Assembly (NCBI GenBank): GCA_964644695.1
Contig: CAZXWN010000001.1
Location: 1 to 64,000 of the forward strand
Length of the DNA stretch: 64,000 bases
DNA from: an uncultured bacterium
GTDB lineage: Bacteria; UBP4; UBA4092
Reading direction: 5' to 3'
Shown here: positions 57,690-64,000 of the stretch, one piece after another
Layout of the letters: each line of letters starts with the position of its first letter
Numbering within the stretch: position 1 is the first letter of the stretch
Made by a program: the position numbers and the translations under genes
The notes under the pieces: generated by a model
What the model saw: the letters and a program-made list of their open reading frames with translations, nothing else
Database searches by the model: none
Told to the model about the DNA's origin: nothing

Positions 57690-59018
57690 TTAGAGATCCT
57701 GATTTTTGTACGATTTATTCAAGACCGTGATAGGGTGGAGGACTTTAACATCCATGTTATGCCGTTTGACTCCATGTCGAAGTTGAACCAGGCAGCCGGG
57801 ATTCCCTGACAGGATGACTTGAGCGCCTGTCTTTTTAATATTCTCCATTTTCCGGTCTAAGATTTCCATGGAAGCGTCATACTGCACAATGTTATAAATA
57901 CCCGCACTGCCGCAACACCAACTGGCTTCCTTTAATTCAACGAATTTCAAACCGGGAATGGAATGAATGACATCTCTTGGTTGTTGACTGATTTTTTGTC
58001 CGTGAAGCAGATGGCAGGCATCGTCATAAGTAACTCGAACATTGATAGGATATTTCGGAGTCTCAAATCCTACTTTGACCAGAAATTCAGAGACATCTAC
58101 GACCTTTTTTTCAAACTTCCGGGCTTTTTCGGCATAATCTTTATCCTCCCGGAGAAGATGTCCATAGGTTTTCAGGAAGGATCCACATCCTGCGGAGTTG
58201 ATGACCAGATAATCAATCCCTTCACGCTCGAAAACATCAATATTCTTTTTCGCCAGTTTGCGGGCTGTCTTGAGATCCCCGTTATGTCCATGAAGTGAAC
58301 CACAACATACCTGGTCTTTCGGGACATGTACCTGACATCCATTATGGACTAGTACTTCGGCGGTATCCTGATTCACATCAGCAAATATCATATTCATGAT
58401 ACATCCGGTCAATAAACCGACTTTATATCGGGGGGCTGTCTCCGGTTTGATGACTTCAGGTAAGACCTTATCAGAGAAGGGAACTTGTACGGTAGGAGAT
58501 AAACTCTCCATCTGTGCCAGTTTGGGAACAACCAATTCCAATATGTGGCTTTTCCGTACCAACCATTGAACTCCTGTTTTTTCATAAAGCCACAGTGAGT
58601 ATCCAATAGCGCTTAACATCCATTTTGTAGTGAAAACTGTTCCCAGCATGAAGGATTTGAATGCTTTTCCCCAGGGTGTCCCAAAACCGGATATCTCGAT
58701 TTGTGCCCGGGCCGCCTCCTGAAGTTCTCCATACTTGACACCGGCAGGACAGGCAGATTCACAAGCCCTGCAGTTCAGGCAAAAGTCCATGGCGTTGACA
58801 AATCCTTCTGTGATTTCCAATTCCCCGTCAGCGACTGCTTTGATCAAGGCAATACGGCCTCGAGGATTGGCTTTTTCCAGTTGAGTCAGTGAATAGGTGG
58901 GGCAATGGGGGAGACACAGTCCGCAATGCATACAATTTAAGATGTCCCCATAATCAGGGACATCTATGCCTAAAAAGGCCGATAAGACCTTGTGGTTATC
59001 TTTTTTGTGTGAAGTCAT
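57690..59018 (-). CDS. glcF: Glycolate oxidase Fe-S subunit-like protein (2x[4Fe-4S] plus two CCG domains)
   Basis: CMHCGLCLPHCPTY, PRGRI, CLNCRACESACP, CCGS, NSAGCG, CHL.HGQ, CCGSAG.YN and NPGC motifs. Confidence 0.9.
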   Translation of the reverse strand: MTSHKKDNHKVLSAFLGIDVPDYGDILNCMHCGLCLPHCPTYSLTQLEKANPRGRIALIKAVADGELEITEGFVNAMDFCLNCRACESACPAGVKYGELQEAARAQIEISGFGTPWGKAFKSFMLGTVFTTKWMLSAIGYSLWLYEKTGVQWLVRKSHILELVVPKLAQMESLSPTVQVPFSDKVLPEVIKPETAPRYKVGLLTGCIMNMIFADVNQDTAEVLVHNGCQVHVPKDQVCCGSLHGHNGDLKTARKLAKKNIDVFEREGIDYLVINSAGCGSFLKTYGHLLREDKDYAEKARKFEKKVVDVSEFLVKVGFETPKYPINVRVTYDDACHLLHGQKISQQPRDVIHSIPGLKFVELKEASWCCGSAGIYNIVQYDASMEILDRKMENIKKTGAQVILSGNPGCLVQLRHGVKRHNMDVKVLHPITVLNKSYKNQDL

Positions 59019-59024
59019 TTTTTA

Positions 59025-60482
59025 TTATTTCAGGTCAGAAGTTGTCGGTATTTGTTCTCTTGTGTGGGGGAGAACTCCCTCGCATCGGGGATGGAGTGTG
59101 AACACTTTACCCGGATTCAGTATTCCCTGGGGATCTAATACCTTTTTCATATTCTGCATGAAGGTAATACCCGAATCTTCGACCTGGTGAGGCAAAAACT
59201 CTTTTTTTGACAAGCCAACACCATGTTCACCGGTAATAGTCCCTCCGAGTTTGATGGCATGAGCAAATATTTCAGCAAAGGCTTCTTCAGCCCGCTTGAT
59301 TTCGTCAGTATTTCTTTCATCAGTCAGACACGTTGGGTGTAAATTACCGTCTCCTGCATGTCCAAAAGTTCCAATCTCCACTTTGTATTTTTCGGAGACC
59401 TCATGAATCTTGCGAATCATAGGGGCAATGGCGCTTCGGGGTACGGTGGCATCTTCCAGAATAGTCGTTGGTTTCATTCGGGCTAAAGCAGGGAATGCGT
59501 TTCTTCGGGCGGCCGCAAACGAGAGTGCTTCATCATTATCTTTTGCCAGGTGGAATTCCACTGCACGATGGGTTTTACATATTTCAGTGATTTGATTGGC
59601 TTCTGATTCGACGACTGAGGCATGTCCATCCACTTCAATCAACAATACCGCCGCCATATCCATGGGTAATCCAATATGTGAATAGTTTTCAACACATTTA
59701 ATGGTGACATGGTCGAGGAATTCAAGTGTGGTAGGAATGATATGCGCTGCGATGATGGCAGAGACGGTCTCTCCGGCATCTTCCATGCTCTTGAAGTAGG
59801 CCAGGATAGTCTTTTTTTCTTCAGGTTTGGGGATGAGTTTCAGCAATACCTTGGTGACAATCCCCAAGGTTCCTTCCGAACCGACAAAGACATCCTTGAT
59901 GTTGAATCCAGCTACATCTTTAGCGCATTTATTCCCAGTATGGATGACTTCCCCATTGGGGAGGACCACCTCTAACCCCAGAACATAATTCTTGGTTACT
60001 CCGTATTTGAGCCCTCTTAATCCCCCGGAATTCTCGGCAACATTCCCACCAATGGTAGAAATTGCCATGCTTCCTGGATCGGGTGGATAAAAAAGACCGA
60101 TGCTTTCAGCTGTTTTATGGATATCAGCGGTAATGACTCCTGTTTCAGCCCATAAGGTCATATTCTCGGAATCCACTTCGAGAATTTTATTAAGCCGGTT
60201 TAACAGGAGAACGACCGAACCTTCTACCGGCACTGAACCGCCGGATAATCCAGTACCCGACCCACGAGGGACAACAGGGATTCCATGTCGGGAACAAACA
60301 ACCATGATGGGAGATACCTGGTCAGTGTTTTCTGGGATAATTACAGCTTCCGGGACTTGTTTGAGCATGGGTGTCCCGTCGTAAGAATAGGTGATCAAAT
60401 CCTCCTGACTGGTCAGAAGGTTGTTTTTGCCAACAATAGCGGCAAATTCATCAAGAATAGTAGGATTCAACATATGCCTCAT
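59025..60482 (-). CDS. glcD: FAD-linked 2-hydroxyacid dehydrogenase subunit (GlcD-like)
   Basis: PRGSGTGLSGG, YPPDPGS, KYGVT, GSEGTLG, GHAGDGNLHP, GEHGVG and LNPGK motifs. Confidence 0.9.
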   Translation of the reverse strand: MRHMLNPTILDEFAAIVGKNNLLTSQEDLITYSYDGTPMLKQVPEAVIIPENTDQVSPIMVVCSRHGIPVVPRGSGTGLSGGSVPVEGSVVLLLNRLNKILEVDSENMTLWAETGVITADIHKTAESIGLFYPPDPGSMAISTIGGNVAENSGGLRGLKYGVTKNYVLGLEVVLPNGEVIHTGNKCAKDVAGFNIKDVFVGSEGTLGIVTKVLLKLIPKPEEKKTILAYFKSMEDAGETVSAIIAAHIIPTTLEFLDHVTIKCVENYSHIGLPMDMAAVLLIEVDGHASVVESEANQITEICKTHRAVEFHLAKDNDEALSFAAARRNAFPALARMKPTTILEDATVPRSAIAPMIRKIHEVSEKYKVEIGTFGHAGDGNLHPTCLTDERNTDEIKRAEEAFAEIFAHAIKLGGTITGEHGVGLSKKEFLPHQVEDSGITFMQNMKKVLDPQGILNPGKVFTLHPRCEGVLPHTREQIPTTSDLK

Positions 60483-60751
60483 AGTTTAACATTCCTGATT
60501 ATTTTGGTCGAGATGCTCCTGTTGCGAATTTATGGCGGTCATTATTAATAATTTATCTTGATTCATACATAAAAATTCCACTAAATTCTATTGAATATGT
60601 CAAAATGAACAAAAGGGCTGTCATATTTAATAATGTGACATTGTTCCTTGTATCTGGTTATTAGTCGTTTTATAATCACTGTAATTATAGATATATGTAA
60701 AAAGGGGTGTTTTTGTGGGACAGGATAGATGTCTGGAGTGGCGTAAGTTAA

Positions 60752-63700
60752 ATGGCCGGTAAACCTGTAAATTATTACCAGCGTTTTTGGCAATCGTTTT
60801 TCTTATTGCTGTTTAATCTGGCATGTTTATTTATTCTGGGCTGGGCTGTTTATATTGAGTTCCTCAAAGTGAATCTTAAAGCACCACCGTATATGTATCC
60901 TTTTATTGTGGTGTTGTTGATTTTGATGACCTCAATGCTTCTGGTTTCTCTGGCAGGCATCCGCAGGGTTTGGTTATTACTGCATGATATTAAAAAACAG
61001 AATCAATTACCCCTGGTCCCGGATGAGTCTTCCCAACAACTTTATAGTGTTGTATTAGAAAACCTGGATTATCCCCTCAGTGTGATTGACCAGGACTTTA
61101 AAATTGTATATATAAATGGAGCCTATTCTGACTATTGCCGACAATTTGGAGTCGTGAATCCCATCCATGGACATAAACTCCATGAAGCACTCTCATTTAT
61201 ATCCTCGGCTGTGATAGATGAATATCAGATGGTTTTCCGTACGGGGAAAGTCTTAGTTACAGAAGAAGAAGTTACTTTAGCAAACCATCTTGTTGTGAAT
61301 GAAGTTCGGAAGATCCCCGTCATTATTGATGGCGATGTTAAGCAGATTATTACGGTTATTAGAAATTTGACTCTGGACCGACTGGCAGAAAAAGAACATG
61401 AAATCTACTATCGATTATCCCAGATGTTGCCAGCCACTCAGACCATGAGAGAACTTGCTCTGCTGATTGCCGGAGAGTGCCGATATATCTTTAAACATGA
61501 TTTTTTCTCATTTGATTTGTATGATTCTGAAAATCATATGTTAGAAGGTGTTTTCCTCGAAGACACTCCTGTGGACCAGTCCGTACCTGTAGAGTTGGAA
61601 CCTGAGAACGTAAAAGATATCAATAATACCGCCGGTGTCTTGTTAGAGAAAAAGAGCCTCTTAGTAAATCGAAAAGAATTGCCTTCTAATACGTTATTAG
61701 TGCCTGCTGGATTTACGGAACGAAAGTCAATGTCTTTTATGTTTTTGCCTATTCTCTGGCAGGGGCAAATTGTTGCCATCGTAACGGTTCAAAGTTATAC
61801 CCCCCAGAGATATCAAGACCATGACTTGGAGATATTTAAAAACATCGTAAACCAATGCGCTGGGACTTTGGGTAAGATTTTAACTGAACACAGATTGCGT
61901 CAATTAAACCTCAATTTGGAAAAGAAGGTTCAGGACAGGACCGCCGCACTCTCAAAGACAAATGCTCTTTTGGTGAAAGAAGTCCAGGAACGAGGGCAAA
62001 TCCAGGACGTCCTTCGTGATAATCAAAAGAAACTGGAGATATTACTGGATAATCTGCCGGGGATGGTATATCGATGTGCAAACGACGAGTGCTGGACCGT
62101 TGAATATATCAGTGATGCAGTGAATTCCATCGTTGGGTATTCTCCGGATGCTTTGATTCATAACAAAACTATTTCATTAGGGGATTTGATTCATCCTGAT
62201 GACCGTTCACTTGTTTGGAAAACAATTCAAGAATCAATAAAACTGAAGAAATCTTTTGAAATAGAACATCGGTTACACCGTAAAGATGGCGCGGATATTC
62301 ATGTGAGAAATTGGGGACACGTGATTAACACAGAAACGTCCACTGAACTGGTTTTCATTGAAGGATTTATTCAGAATATCGAACCAGAGATCCAAAAAGA
62401 ATCTAAAATACGGGGATCAGAAAACCTCTATCGAAATTTGGTTGAGAATGTAAAAGAGTGGATATGGGAAATAGATCAGGCAGATAAATATATCTATGTG
62501 AGTCCTCAGGTGAAAAATTATCTGGGTTATGAACCGGATGATTTGATCAATAAAACTCCGTTTGATTTGATTAAGCCAGAACAATATGATCAAATCAAGG
62601 GAGTTTTTTATCGCTATCGACTGAGTCTTGAACCTTTCAATTTCCTTGAATACCCAATGATTCATAAGGATGGGCACATAGTATATATGGAGACCAGTGG
62701 CTCTCCTGTCTTTGATGCTTCTGGGCAATATAAAGGATATCGAGGGGTTGTCCGAGATATTACGGAGAAACAACGTACTGAAAATCAATTAAGGGCAAAT
62801 GATGTTCGTCAGACTCAGCAACGTGAAGTGTTGATGCAATTGGCAACACTTCATCTGGTTGGGGATGTGAATCTGAATCAAGTCTACAATCTTGTGACCG
62901 AACTGAGTTGCTCCGCGCTCCAGGTCGATTGGGTCAGTTTGTGGGAATTCGATGAGGAGAATGATGTGTTAGTTCTTCAGGACCGATTTGATATGAAGAC
63001 GACCATTCATTATGAAATGGATAAACTCTTGAAGAACGAATTCCCTGTTATGTGGGGAGCGCTTTATAATAACCGTTCTCTTGTCGTATCTAATGTTTTT
63101 AACAGTGATTACACTGTTCCCTTTGTGGACTCTTACTATCGTAAATACAATGTATCATCAATTATGATCGCTCCTATCAGGGTCGGCGGCGGTCTAAAAG
63201 GTGTTTTGTGCTTTGAACAGAAGGAGACGCATCGCCGATGGGAATTAGATGAAGAGGCTTTTGCTGCTTCTATCTCCGATATGATTGCCTTGGCGATTGA
63301 CCAACATATCCAGCAGGAAAACCAACGCCGGTTGGAAGAGTTAACTATCCAAATTGAGGCACAAGCCAAGCAATTAGATGAAATATTGTCTGCTTCCCCT
63401 GACATGCTGGCGTTGTTCAATGAAGACGGACAGATCAAATACGTAAATAAAGTTGCGACGGCTATCATTGGTGTAGAAAAGGAACATGCTACCGGGAAGA
63501 ATTTATTTGAATTACAGTTTAGTGAAGATGTATATCAAAAACATCAAAATCAGGTTAAACAGGTATTCAAGACAAGCCTTCCATTACAAGATGTTATGTT
63601 GTTACCGACGGTAACGGGAGGACGTTGGTTTGAATATATCTTAAGTCCGATTCGTGATCTTAATGGCGTTGTTCAATCGGTGGTTATGAGTGCAAGAGAT

Positions 63701-64000
63701 ATAACTCATCGGCTAAATATTGAAAATGAATTGAGACGTTCATTAGATGAATTAAATGCTGCAAATAAGGAATTGGAAGCTTTTAATTATTCGGTTTCCC
63801 ATGATTTAAGAGTTCCATTACAGGTTATTTCAGGATTTTCAAATCTTATGTTGAATCATGAGAATCGTCTATCAGTTGATGACAAAGAAGCTGTCCATGC
63901 CATTGATCGCAATGCAAAAAGAATGAGTCAACTTATTACCGATTTATTGTCTTTCTCTCGATTAGGTCGGCAAGAGATGAAATGTGAAGTGATAAACATG
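60752..64000 (+). CDS. Membrane-anchored multi-sensor histidine kinase (2 TM, PAS, GAF, PAS, PAS, GAF, PAS, HisKA); truncated by the window end and absent from the ORF track
   Basis: Manual translation from the ATG at 60752 gives MAGKPVNYY..., two hydrophobic helices, PAS starts (ENLDYPLSVID, DNLPGMVYRC, ENVKEWIWEID, SASPDMLALFN), DIT motifs, and H-box ELEAFNYSVSHDLRVPL in the same frame near 63780. Confidence 0.9.
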   Translation, partial: MAGKPVNYYQRFWQSFFLLLFNLACLFILGWAVYIEFLKVNLKAPPYMYPFIVVLLILMTSMLLVSLAGIRRVWLLLHDIKKQNQLPLVPDESSQQLYSVVLENLDYPLSVIDQDFKIVYINGAYSDYCRQFGVVNPIHGHKLHEALSFISSAVIDEYQMVFRTGKVLVTEEEVTLANHLVVNEVRKIPVIIDGDVKQIITVIRNLTLDRLAEKEHEIYYRLSQMLPATQTMRELALLIAGECRYIFKHDFFSFDLYDSENHMLEGVFLEDTPVDQSVPVELEPENVKDINNTAGVLLEKKSLLVNRKELPSNTLLVPAGFTERKSMSFMFLPILWQGQIVAIVTVQSYTPQRYQDHDLEIFKNIVNQCAGTLGKILTEHRLRQLNLNLEKKVQDRTAALSKTNALLVKEVQERGQIQDVLRDNQKKLEILLDNLPGMVYRCANDECWTVEYISDAVNSIVGYSPDALIHNKTISLGDLIHPDDRSLVWKTIQESIKLKKSFEIEHRLHRKDGADIHVRNWGHVINTETSTELVFIEGFIQNIEPEIQKESKIRGSENLYRNLVENVKEWIWEIDQADKYIYVSPQVKNYLGYEPDDLINKTPFDLIKPEQYDQIKGVFYRYRLSLEPFNFLEYPMIHKDGHIVYMETSGSPVFDASGQYKGYRGVVRDITEKQRTENQLRANDVRQTQQREVLMQLATLHLVGDVNLNQVYNLVTELSCSALQVDWVSLWEFDEENDVLVLQDRFDMKTTIHYEMDKLLKNEFPVMWGALYNNRSLVVSNVFNSDYTVPFVDSYYRKYNVSSIMIAPIRVGGGLKGVLCFEQKETHRRWELDEEAFAASISDMIALAIDQHIQQENQRRLEELTIQIEAQAKQLDEILSASPDMLALFNEDGQIKYVNKVATAIIGVEKEHATGKNLFELQFSEDVYQKHQNQVKQVFKTSLPLQDVMLLPTVTGGRWFEYILSPIRDLNGVVQSVVMSARDITHRLNIENELRRSLDELNAANKELEAFNYSVSHDLRVPLQVISGFSNLMLNHENRLSVDDKEAVHAIDRNAKRMSQLITDLLSFSRLGRQEMKCEVINM

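Noticed and set aside
60590-60642. Palindromes TTGAATATGTCAA and AATGTGACATT between glcD and the kinase
   Set aside because: They could be regulator sites, but the spacing does not fit FNR/CRP consensus and there is no second instance to support them.

Overview
A gene-dense bacterial chromosomal window, AT-rich by eye. The organism is probably a diderm (it has an outer-membrane beta-barrel gene) and probably anaerobic or facultative (futalosine-pathway mqnD, paaK-ACT pairs, ferredoxin). No integrase, transposase, CRISPR array or prophage gene is visible. Housekeeping blocks are ruvCAB, lysA-dapF-dapA, tdk, mgtE, tRNA-Glu(CUC), ilvB, mqnD, metY-metX-metW, glcD-glcF and a YknWXYZ/MacAB-like ABC exporter. 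These alternate with many tandem paralogue sets: 2 DUF4855, 4 PD40/TolB-like propellers, 2 GHL10, 2 paaK+ACT units, and 3 orphan membrane proteins plus a fragment. A long PAS/GAF histidine kinase runs off the right edge. The most unusual signal is a dispersed intergenic 47-bp spaced palindrome, ACGAA-N6-ACGGA-N3-GCTC-N-GAGC-N3-TCCGT-N6-TTCGT. It has three copies plus a partial one, its conserved blocks are phased at about 11 bp, and it looks like a multi-part dsDNA protein-binding site rather than an RNA hairpin. Also notable are a self-contained nuoB-C-D-I operon with no membrane or NADH-input subunits, a 293-bp near-identical segment shared by two diverged propeller genes, and a probable catalytically dead nucleotidyltransferase-fold gene leading the lysine operon. 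All family assignments come from reading motifs by eye; no database search was run.
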